Notes under the pieces: model-generated
Databases searched by the model: none
Seen by the model: only the letters and a program-made list of their open reading frames with translations
What the model was told of the DNA's origin: nothing
In this document: positions 1 through 6,460 of the stretch, one piece after another
Numbering within the stretch: position 1 is the first letter of the stretch
Layout: each line of letters opens with the position of its first letter
Program-made: the position numbers and the translations under genes
IMG/VR virus record: IMGVR_UViG_3300027828_000097
Location: 1 to 24,361 of that record
Length of the DNA: 24,361 bases
From: a virus
Lineage: Duplodnaviria; Caudoviricetes
Strand: one strand, 5' to 3'

Positions 1-25
1 TATAAAGGCGAGCGCTATGAGGTGA

Positions 26-101
26 AGGAGTGTAGCTCAGTTGGTAGAGCACCGGTCTCCAAAACCGGGTGTCGGGAGTTCGAGTCTCTCCACTCCTGCC
101 A
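26..101 (+). tRNA. tRNA-Trp (anticodon CCA), host gene and probable prophage integration site
   Basis: 76 nt AGGAGTGTAGCTCAGTTGGTAGAGCACCGGTCTCCAAAACCGGGTGTCGGGAGTTCGAGTCTCTCCACTCCTGCCA. It has acceptor stem AGGAGTG/CACTCCT, anticodon arm CCGGT-CTCCAAA-ACCGG, T-loop GTTCGA and an encoded 3' CCA. Confidence 0.98.
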
Positions 102-115
102 ACTTCCCTCTTTAG

Positions 116-170
116 TTTCAGTGGTTTATGATTTTGTGCCAATGACTATCGGCACATGTTGGTGGCACAC
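116..170. promoter_or_regulatory. Putative att arm region: IHF-like site plus three TGTGCC(A/G) motifs
   Basis: TTTCAGTGGTTTA at 116-128 has 2 mismatches to IHF consensus WATCAANNNNTTR. TGTGCCA is at 135-141 (+), TGTGCCG at 150-156 (-) and GTGTGCCA at 163-170 (-). The cluster lies between the tRNA and the integrase stop, where arm-type sites are expected. Confidence 0.55.
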
Positions 171-219
171 TTTTTAAATATGCAATATCGGGAATAACCC
201 GACTTTAAGATGAAATCCC

Positions 220-1344
220 CTACCGTGAGGAGACGACGCGAAGCCCTTGGTGCTTTGCGCGGCCCTTCTCCAGCAAGCTGAGGGTGGCTTCCTCATTCTC
301 ATCTACAAGATGGACGTAGCGTTCCTTGGTGGTGTTCATGTTCGAGTGGCCCAACCAGCGGCTTATCTGCCATAGTTCGGCCCCGCCTTCGGCCAGCCGG
401 GTACCACAGGTATGACGGAGGAGATGAACGTTGACGTCATCCAGTCCTGCCACGTTATCCCGTACGGCACGCCAGTACCGCCACGTTTTATTGGCGTCGA
501 ACCCGGTGAAGAGCGGTCTATCCCCCCGCCCGGCCACGGTGGTTAAGAAAGGCAGGTACTCTATAAATCGAGCCGTCAGCGGTAGCCGTCGCGGTTTGCC
601 TGTCTTTGTCGTATAACGATCAAAGCTAACCCGCCCACCGGTGATATGGTGGCAGGTTACGTTCAAAGCTTCCCCTTGCCGCGCCCCAGTGTCCACAAGG
701 AAGATGAATAGGGCCTCAAACACCCGCCAGTTTGTTGCTGCTGGCCCCTTCTGCATGGACCTGATGTAGGCCAAGGCCGCATCTTCTTCCTCGGCGGTTA
801 GGGTGCGGTCCTTGGTGTTCCGCTCAGGCACCGTAAAGACCTTAATCAAGGACGGTAGGCGAGGGACGCCGTTCTTATCCATCAAGTCCTCATGTGCATA
901 GCGTAGCGCCCGTTTCAGGGTGTACATTTTGCGGTTGATTGTGGCCGCCGCCCATCGGCCGGAGGTTTCCCATTCCAGCCCCTTGTCACGGATCATATGA
1001 TACGCAATATCCGTGATAGGCGTGTCCTCTCCGAACTCTTCCAGAAGTATCTTTGTGTTAGAATGGATGGTAGGCATGGAACGGACCTTCTCAGGCTTCC
1101 AGATGTCCCGGTAGCACTCCCGAAAGAGGTCTTTAAGGGTGAAGGCGTCAGAGGCGGTATGCGCGGGAGTGGGCGCATGTTTACCTCTAGGCGCTGGCGG
1201 GGAGATGGTCCCATAGATCACCTCAGACGCCAGCGCGGCGGCTTCTCGGGCGTCCTTGGTGCCGAGAGACCGGCGGCACCTCTTCCCGGCGTCGTCGGTC
1301 CACTCGACAAACAAGTAGCCGTTGTTTCGCTTTTTGATCTTCAT
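220..1344 (-). CDS. int: Tyrosine recombinase / phage integrase (374 aa)
   Basis: Catalytic residues are present in order: GARQGE (R), TTKTG (K), HLLRH (HxxR), LGH, ERY (Y). The N-terminus resembles an arm-binding domain (RCRRSLGTKD). RBS AGGAG; next to the tRNA. Confidence 0.96.
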   Translation of the reverse strand: MKIKKRNNGYLFVEWTDDAGKRCRRSLGTKDAREAAALASEVIYGTISPPAPRGKHAPTPAHTASDAFTLKDLFRECYRDIWKPEKVRSMPTIHSNTKILLEEFGEDTPITDIAYHMIRDKGLEWETSGRWAAATINRKMYTLKRALRYAHEDLMDKNGVPRLPSLIKVFTVPERNTKDRTLTAEEEDAALAYIRSMQKGPAATNWRVFEALFIFLVDTGARQGEALNVTCHHITGGRVSFDRYTTKTGKPRRLPLTARFIEYLPFLTTVAGRGDRPLFTGFDANKTWRYWRAVRDNVAGLDDVNVHLLRHTCGTRLAEGGAELWQISRWLGHSNMNTTKERYVHLVDENEEATLSLLEKGRAKHQGLRVVSSR

Positions 1345-1353
1345 TTGGTTCTC

Positions 1354-1719
1354 CTATCTACCATCTACCATCTTGGACACAGCCTCACTAATTTCCTTAC
1401 AAATCTCCCTGCCGCGCCGGGTAAGCCGATGGAACCGGGATTTACGGTCATAGGGCTTCGTGTACTGCTCTACAGCCTCCACGCCTCTCTTTCGGCCCCT
1501 ACCGGCGTCCATTAGGGTATATAGCCTCCTGCTGGCGGAGGACTGAGTTGATTGGGTGATCCGCACAATGTCTGACACTGTGATGTCTTCACGCCCATCG
1601 CGGAGGGCTATCTCTAGGAAGAGGAGTAACTGTGATAAGTTACACTCTCCCCCAAAGATAGCTATAAGTTCCTTTGTGAGTCCTCTAAGGGACGCCAGTT
1701 CTATGCCGTTTGTCGTCAT
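1354..1719 (-). CDS. MarR-like winged-helix DNA-binding protein (candidate regulator or excision factor)
   Basis: wHTH pattern SQLLLFLEIA...ITVSDIVRITQSTQSSASRRLYTL...DRKSRFHRLTRRGREI. RBS AAGGA. It lies directly upstream of int, as in integrase-bearing marine T7-like phages. Confidence 0.8.
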   Translation of the reverse strand: MTTNGIELASLRGLTKELIAIFGGECNLSQLLLFLEIALRDGREDITVSDIVRITQSTQSSASRRLYTLMDAGRGRKRGVEAVEQYTKPYDRKSRFHRLTRRGREICKEISEAVSKMVDGR

Positions 1720-1909
1720 TTTCTTTTCCTTTTTCGGTTGCGATCGCTGTTTGCCCGGTTACAATGTCAAGCATTATGTCGATCCTGAATAACGTTAGTA
1801 TGTACGAAGTTACATTTTTCCCGCCGTCGTGTCTATATATATTTCGAGAAAATAGAAACTTAGGGTGCTTTTTGATATAATTCCGGGCCACGTACATGTG
1901 AAGTCGCAT
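1685..1909 (-). CDS. Hypothetical protein (74 aa), first ORF after the LexA-box promoter
   Basis: AAGGAAG lies 7 nt before the ATG and the ORF fills the gap between the promoter and the wHTH gene. It overlaps the wHTH start by 35 nt and is AT-rich, so it is uncertain. Confidence 0.45.
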   Translation of the reverse strand: MRLHMYVARNYIKKHPKFLFSRNIYRHDGGKNVTSYILTLFRIDIMLDIVTGQTAIATEKGKENDDKRHRTGVP

Positions 1910-1959
1910 ACTTAATCTTCCTTAATCAAGAGTTATACTAGGGGGTGTCCCCGATGTAT

Positions 1960-1988
1960 GTTATAGTGGAGTCTTGAGAACAAATCAA
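1960..1988 (-). promoter_or_regulatory. Sigma70-type promoter for the hypothetical-wHTH-integrase unit
   Basis: Minus strand TTGATT (1988-1983), a 17-nt spacer, then TATAAC (1965-1960). Confidence 0.7.
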
Positions 1989-1992
1989 GAAC
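1978..1992. promoter_or_regulatory. Alphaproteobacterial-type LexA (SOS) box
   Basis: GAAC-AAATCAA-GAAC is an exact GAAC-N7-GAAC (GTTC-N7-GTTC) direct repeat with an A-rich spacer, and it straddles the -35 element. Confidence 0.75.
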
Positions 1993-2254
1993 GTTTTGTT
2001 GCTCCATCTGATGCCTGCAAGGCAGCCACGTCATAGGGGGTTAAATGGTCGGAGTTACGATCTATGAACTCTGCCATATGTTCCTCGGATGCGAATAAGT
2101 ATTGGGTGTCATCTGCTTTCATGCCACAGAGGACCGACATGAAGCGCGCTTGGCGGGCGGACTTTAAGACACCCTCTGTCGAATCAAGCGGATTATCGAG
2201 ATTGCCGATATGCGCAGGCGGTTGCCCTTTTTGACTATAAAACCATATCATCAT
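1985..2254 (-). CDS. Early-region hypothetical protein (89 aa)
   Basis: RBS AAGGA; co-oriented and tightly packed with neighbouring genes. Confidence 0.75.
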   Translation of the reverse strand: MMIWFYSQKGQPPAHIGNLDNPLDSTEGVLKSARQARFMSVLCGMKADDTQYLFASEEHMAEFIDRNSDHLTPYDVAALQASDGATKRS

Positions 2255-2271
2255 TTCTTAGATTCCTTCTT

Positions 2272-2553
2272 CTATATTGGTCCGAAATAGGAATTACGGA
2301 CTACCCGTGGCGACACACCATAGGCGCGCCTGCAAGCTTCCATAAGATCACTTCGGGTTTCGCCGCAATCCTTGTGGAAAATAGGGGAAATGGTAATACG
2401 TGAAGACCAGCCGCCGGTCGCCGCATCGGCGGCTTGGAGACGCCAGCCTTCACGGCCGGAGCCGACGACATGGAGTTCTATAATCCCATGCTTCGCTAGG
2501 TCTTCTATCGACCTATACTCCCCATCGTGCATTAAGCATTCTTTCCATTTCAT
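2272..2553 (-). CDS. Early-region hypothetical protein (93 aa)
   Basis: RBS GAGGA; the start is 3 nt after the upstream stop. Confidence 0.75.
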   Translation of the reverse strand: MKWKECLMHDGEYRSIEDLAKHGIIELHVVGSGREGWRLQAADAATGGWSSRITISPIFHKDCGETRSDLMEACRRAYGVSPRVVRNSYFGPI

Positions 2554-2556
2554 CTT

Positions 2557-2907
2557 TTATGTTTCCTCTTCTTCTGCTTCCCATAGTGCGCGCTCGTGGC
2601 GCGCCTCTTCAATTGTGTCATATGCTATAGGCGAATCATGGGCGGTCTCATAATCATAAATATGATTCGCCCACAGGCCGATTTCGGCCTCTTCTTCGCT
2701 GTCGAATATAGCAGCCCTGTGCGGGAAATTACCTCCCGGCCCCCATGACCAAATCTCACGTCCCCGCCGATGATAGCGGGGGGCGACCCCTCTAGGCGTG
2801 GTGGTTTCATCGATGTATTGCTCTACAAGAGAGCGGAAAGTTCCCTGTTCGATCTCCCCCTCAGGGGATACCCAATACACTATTTTGTCTAATTCCTTGA
2901 TGCTCAT
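2557..2907 (-). CDS. Early-region hypothetical protein (116 aa, acidic C-terminus)
   Basis: Purine-rich RBS (GAGGGAAAGAGAA); operon packing. Confidence 0.8.
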   Translation of the reverse strand: MSIKELDKIVYWVSPEGEIEQGTFRSLVEQYIDETTTPRGVAPRYHRRGREIWSWGPGGNFPHRAAIFDSEEEAEIGLWANHIYDYETAHDSPIAYDTIEEARHERALWEAEEEET

Positions 2908-2919
2908 TTCTCTTTCCCT

Positions 2920-3024
2920 CTAGCTAAGCAGCTTTGCGATTATCTCAAAGACCGCATCAAGGCACACACCAAGCGCGGCGGGGGCCAGAAAGCCCCATAC
3001 GAATATTGTTAAAACTGTGTCCAT
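2920..3024 (-). CDS. Small hydrophobic peptide (34 aa), not in ORF track
   Basis: Hand translation gives MDTVLTIFVWGFLAPAALGVCLDAVFEIIAKLLS*. It starts 3 nt after the ardA stop and fills the intergenic gap. Confidence 0.55.
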   Translation of the reverse strand: MDTVLTIFVWGFLAPAALGVCLDAVFEIIAKLLS

Positions 3025-3027
3025 TGG

Positions 3028-3537
3028 TTAAGCCATTCTGTAGATGATATGTTCCCCGGCGATCTCTGCTTCCGTGTAATCATAGTGGAGATCAGCGGCT
3101 ATAGCATCATAATCAAGGTATCCTAGGAGATGCTCAGGGAGGTCGCCAAAGATACCATCCTCAACAAACTGTTCTGCAAGTTCGCTCATGGAGTCACGGT
3201 AATAAATGTCGACATCTTCGACGTCCCTACTATCCGTCCCGCCATCCCATGCGTAACCGCATCGCCCATACTTGACGATCGCCTTTATTTTATCATGGCC
3301 TGACCATTCTTCAGCGAGCGTGAAGAACGCTTCTAGGGTGTCTTGGTCGATGTTTAACGCTCCGAACAGCGCGGCATCTAGTTGCGATGCATCCACAGGA
3401 TATGTTTTAAACTCTTCCACAGGATAGCCGCAGCAGTCGGTATGGTCTTTTGTCTTTTCCAGATACTCTTCATAGCTTGAGAAATAGACGCAAGCGGCCA
3501 TCAGGTTGTAGGGTGATGCACAAAGTTCTATCGACAT
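3028..3537 (-). CDS. ardA: ArdA-family antirestriction protein (acidic DNA mimic, ~169 aa)
   Basis: Very acidic, with an ArdA-like C-terminus (ELAEQFVEDGIFGDLPEHLLGYLDYDAIAADLHYDY). Start reassigned to ATG 3537 after AAAGGAAACCTAAAA. Confidence 0.82.
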   Translation of the reverse strand: MSIELCASPYNLMAACVYFSSYEEYLEKTKDHTDCCGYPVEEFKTYPVDASQLDAALFGALNIDQDTLEAFFTLAEEWSGHDKIKAIVKYGRCGYAWDGGTDSRDVEDVDIYYRDSMSELAEQFVEDGIFGDLPEHLLGYLDYDAIAADLHYDYTEAEIAGEHIIYRMA

Positions 3538-3560
3538 TTTTAGGTTTCCTTTTTGGTTGA

Positions 3561-3707
3561 TCACTCAGTGATTTTGAACATGAGGTTGAAGGCTTCATCC
3601 TCATCGTATCCCCGCTCTACAAGGGCGATGTAAACCATGTGGCGGCCTATCGCGCCTTCGAGATATTGGAACTCAAGCGATTTCAGGAATGTTGCGTTAT
3701 CGGTCAT
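3561..3707 (-). CDS. Small hypothetical protein (48 aa), not in ORF track
   Basis: Hand translation gives MTDNATFLKSLEFQYLEGAIGRHMVYIALVERGYDEDEAFNLMFKITE*. Strong RBS AAAGGAAACCCAAAA-ATG. Confidence 0.72.
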   Translation of the reverse strand: MTDNATFLKSLEFQYLEGAIGRHMVYIALVERGYDEDEAFNLMFKITE

Positions 3708-3742
3708 TTTTGGGTTTCCTTTTGGTTGGTTAAAGATTAGCT

Positions 3743-3768
3743 AAAAGACAGGCCAAGCGCCTGTCCTT
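3743..3768 (-). terminator. Stem-loop (weak intrinsic terminator or processing site) within the early operon
   Basis: Minus strand AAGGACAGGC-GCTTG-GCCTGTCTTTT just after the 3772 stop codon; the U-tract is short. Confidence 0.45.
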
Positions 3769-3771
3769 CGG

Positions 3772-4155
3772 TTAATCTTTAGGGACAACGTGATAGACTG
3801 TAAGGATGCGATAACGGCGTCCGGCCGTCCAATCGAGGACATCCCGACCTTGGACCGCTAGGACGTGGCCCCGGACGTGTACAAGGTAGCTTTCCCCGGC
3901 CTGAAAGGACGGGTCTTTGGGGACGGTGGCTACCGTCTTGGCTCTGAAGTCTATGGGCTTGGCAGAATATCCCACATCTTCATAAGCCGCGAGAAGGGCG
4001 GATAGCGAGGTTCCCTTTCTTTTTTTCCGTCCTAGCTTCCTTAGGGCCTTGTGTGCTTGCCCATAGGTTAGCTTTGTGGTGAGGGCGAGCGCCTTCACCG
4101 AACAATCATTGCTTTCCCCGGCGCGTTCCGCCGCCGCTTTAATTTTCTGGTACAT
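3772..4155 (-). CDS. Basic hypothetical protein with NDC...GH motifs (possible papain-like/C39-type fold)
   Basis: Contains SNDCSVKALA and HVRGHVLAV...DW. Start reassigned to ATG 4155 after GGAG. The fold is an inference. Confidence 0.7.
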   Translation of the reverse strand: MYQKIKAAAERAGESNDCSVKALALTTKLTYGQAHKALRKLGRKKRKGTSLSALLAAYEDVGYSAKPIDFRAKTVATVPKDPSFQAGESYLVHVRGHVLAVQGRDVLDWTAGRRYRILTVYHVVPKD

Positions 4156-4173
4156 ATCAAACTCCACTTAGGG

Positions 4174-4983
4174 TTAAATTATATTTCGGGTATAATAATC
4201 CACAACAAAACCTGACCTATCCTTTTTAGCGCGTCCCTTGGCTTTCAGACCGACGATGACGCCCTTCGGGTCTAGAAACCTAACGTCGGTTTCGTCGCCG
4301 TTAATCACTGGGCGGCCCATAAAGGTTTCAGGTAGTTTTCCCCGAAAAACTACAGCGATATTTGCATCCGCCGGCAGGCGGTCCGCATACGCCGCATAAG
4401 ATGGTGTCGATCCACTGTATGACCATGAGAGATGGTAGTTTTCCGGCAAGGGCTTATCCAGCCGCTTGGCGATTTTGGTATAATCGTAAAATTGTACGTC
4501 CGGGAACCGCTCAAAGATTGTCGAGCCATCCGGGAAGTATACCTTTTCAAACTGAATATCTGAAGTGCCATTCAGCCGAACAGCAGGTATAAGACCTTCC
4601 CGCCCGGCCTTCCGGGCAAGCGCCTTGATTTCAGCTTCCAGCCGCGCCAGAAAGATTTCCCTTGCATAGGTGAAAAGTCGTGTTCGGCCAATCCTTGCGC
4701 GCTGCATGGCGTTGTCTGGCAGGGTTGCGCCCGACGGCGCTCTGAATGTTTTCCGCCCGGCGGCTATACCGCCTCTTCCCGCCGTATTGAGACATCCGGC
4801 GGCGCATCCGGCCAAGTCGGCCATTGGGCATGTCACCATTCCGGCGAGATTGTAAGGGGCGAGGTGTAAGACGCCCGACAATACGCCCTTCTTTAATCCC
4901 TTGATAATTTTCGGGTTACTCAAAGTGAGCATACGCCCTGTGAAAAGGGCTTCCGCTGGTTCAATTTTATGATCGATTTTCAT
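4174..4983 (-). CDS. GP88-like Cys-rich phage protein (~269 aa), function unknown
   Basis: Motifs CPMADLAGCAAGCL, RLNGTSDI, QFYDYTK and NGDETDVRFLD are recalled as typical of this phage family. Start reassigned to ATG 4983 after AGAGGA. Confidence 0.7.
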   Translation of the reverse strand: MKIDHKIEPAEALFTGRMLTLSNPKIIKGLKKGVLSGVLHLAPYNLAGMVTCPMADLAGCAAGCLNTAGRGGIAAGRKTFRAPSGATLPDNAMQRARIGRTRLFTYAREIFLARLEAEIKALARKAGREGLIPAVRLNGTSDIQFEKVYFPDGSTIFERFPDVQFYDYTKIAKRLDKPLPENYHLSWSYSGSTPSYAAYADRLPADANIAVVFRGKLPETFMGRPVINGDETDVRFLDPKGVIVGLKAKGRAKKDRSGFVVDYYTRNII

Positions 4984-4996
4984 TTTATGATTCCTC

Positions 4997-5215
4997 TTAA
5001 AACTTGATGTTAGCGACACTTTCCGGCACATACCGGGCATGGCGATACATAATCTTCCGGTCAAACGTTCCCGATCCGGTTTTTACGTTTATCAGGCGGA
5101 TGTACTGCCCGTCATTTTCAACCTCATAAGGTTCCCCCGGCTTGGCGTAGCTGCCCACTGGCACCCTTGAGAAGACAACAACTTCACCTGTTTCTGGCAC
5201 GTCATACGCTATCAT
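4997..5215 (-). CDS. First early gene, hypothetical protein (72 aa)
   Basis: The AAAAGGAAATGGAA-ATG context places the start at 5215 rather than GTG 5335. Confidence 0.7.
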   Translation of the reverse strand: MIAYDVPETGEVVVFSRVPVGSYAKPGEPYEVENDGQYIRLINVKTGSGTFDRKIMYRHARYVPESVANIKF

Positions 5216-5237
5216 TTCCATTTCCTTTTTCAGTTCT

Positions 5238-5557
5238 GTTAAAACGTCAAAACCCTGCCAGCTTTGACAGGGCTTCAAGCTTTCAACAAAGCGTTGCCGA
5301 CATTCATCACAGGGCATGTCGGACACCCATTCCACTAACGCTAGGCGCTAGTGCTTACTTGTATTTCAACAAGGCCGGGCTTCTCAGCCCCTGACCCCTA
5401 GTCAGTCACAGATAGGTTCACTATCCCCTATCCGCCGCATGGATACCGTTACACAACGCTATCACCTCAGGGCCTACCGTCTGTGCTTCAATCGGAGAAG
5501 CTATGTAACCCCGGTAGGGTAGGTTGTGATCCGCTTGGCGTTTCGCCGCTGCTGATG
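5238..5557 (-). ncRNA. Candidate structured early leader RNA, ending in an RNase III-like long stem
   Basis: Consecutive hairpins at 5537-5547, 5473-5518, 5411-5432, 5391-5405, 5377-5390 (GAGA tetraloop), 5333-5353 and 5297-5322, plus a ~20-bp stem at 5238-5287. Confidence 0.5.
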
Positions 5558-5563
5558 TATCCC

Positions 5564-5591
5564 ATTATGCACATCGGGTTTAATCCGTCAA
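5564..5591 (-). promoter_or_regulatory. Host sigma70 early promoter with A/T-tract upstream element
   Basis: Minus strand TTGACG (5591-5586), 16-nt spacer, CATAAT (5569-5564). T-tracts lie upstream (5595-5640). The position is analogous to the T7 A promoters. Confidence 0.7.
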
Positions 5592-5939
5592 CAGAAAAAA
5601 ACGCAAGTATGATAAAAAAGTTAAAAAAGCTAGGAAAATTGCGGGATACAGCCTGTTTTTTTTCCGGAGAAAGCCGCTAGTGTTCGCGAACATGTGCACC
5701 GGGTACGCATCCGGACACTTAAAGGTCACTCAATCCTATTGTGGCCACTGTGGCTCACCTGGGCACAAGCGCGCAAATGGTTGGCCTTTGAGCGGACCAT
5801 TAAGGGATCATCAAGAGCCTTTGAGGGCGATAAAAAAAACAGATAGTGGCGGAAAGACGCGGGAATAAATCAGGATGGACAGCCTTAACCGGCCGACCTA
5901 CATATATTCCCTCTTAAACAGGGATTGCATAGCCTTATA

Positions 5940-5952
5940 AATCAATAGGTTA
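5940..5952 (+). promoter_or_regulatory. IHF consensus site
   Basis: AATCAATAGGTTA is a perfect match to WATCAANNNNTTR. Confidence 0.6.
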
Positions 5953-6270
5953 GCGTATGCAAAGAGCCTTTGTGTGCCAGTATGTGGCGGATAGTGTGCC
6001 AGCGGGGGGATCGGAAGGGGGAGGGGGTACGGGGGGAAGTCCGCGCGGTAGGATCATTAAGTGGGCATTCAGATTTCCGCACCAAAATAAACGGGAAGCT
6101 ATAAAGCTCACCCATACCTCAGAGCCTCTCAGAGAACCCTCAGGGAAAGCAGAAGGCTCCCCATAGAGGGGTAACACCCTCAGGGAAGCTCTAAGCCCTC
6201 TCAGCGAGTCTCTGAGGGACTCTCCGCGGCTCACAACAGGGCATCCTTTACCTCAAGGCTTAGAGGTTTG

Positions 6271-6421
6271 CTTAAAGCTATACGGAGTGATCTCTAAGCT
6301 TCCTTAAAGGTATTGGTCCCCCTAAGACGGGGGAACCCTTGTCTATGGATAACACAAACAGGGGTTCCCATTGAGTTAATCTTCAAGGTAACTATGAGCT
6401 ATCTTAAAGAGTATCTTAAAG
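6271..6421. repeat. Short CTTAAAG heptamer repeats and a 12-bp imperfect inverted repeat
   Basis: CTTAAAG occurs at 6271, 6303, 6403 and 6415. GGGAACCCTTGT/ACAGGGGTTCCC spans 6331-6369. The heptamers are reminiscent of T7 terminal short repeats. Confidence 0.55.
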
Positions 6422-6437
6422 TATATCTCAGGGGGGT

Positions 6438-6460
6438 ATCTCCTAGAGTGCGTACTAAGG
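6438..6460 (-). promoter_or_regulatory. Candidate phage RNA polymerase promoter (phiOR-like position)
   Basis: CCTTAGTACGCACTCTA|GGAGAT aligns without gaps to the SP6 promoter ATTTAGGTGACACTATA|GAAG (shared TTAG....CACT.TAG.AG). It lies immediately after terL. No second exact copy was seen. Confidence 0.45.

Noticed and set aside
997-1515. Plus-strand 172-aa ORF as a possible antisense repressor
   Set aside because: It overlaps int and the wHTH gene, has no HTH features, and looks like a shadow ORF.
1912-1925. CtrA-like TTAA...TTAA site
   Set aside because: The spacer is 6 nt (8 nt at 6404-6419), not the 7 nt of the CtrA consensus.
1959-1977. T7-like promoter resemblance (GACTCCACTATAAC)
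   Set aside because: Better explained as the spacer and -10 of the sigma70 promoter; it lacks a G at +1 and does not match the 6438-6460 candidate.
5297-5322. Hammerhead ribozyme-like CTGTGATGA
   Set aside because: It does not match the CUGANGA core, and no properly arranged three-stem junction with GAAA was found.
5680-5868. Plus-strand 62-aa ORF with zinc-knuckle-like CGHCGSPGH
   Set aside because: It lacks the fourth Cys ligand, has a GTG start without a clear SD, runs opposite to all phage genes, and lies in degenerate short repeats of the terminal region.
5883-5899. CCTTAACCGGCCGACCT similar to CCTTAATCAGGCCGGGCCT (minus strand, ~12653-12671) as a shared phage promoter
   Set aside because: The match needs gaps and the two copies have opposite orientation relative to transcription, so support is too weak.
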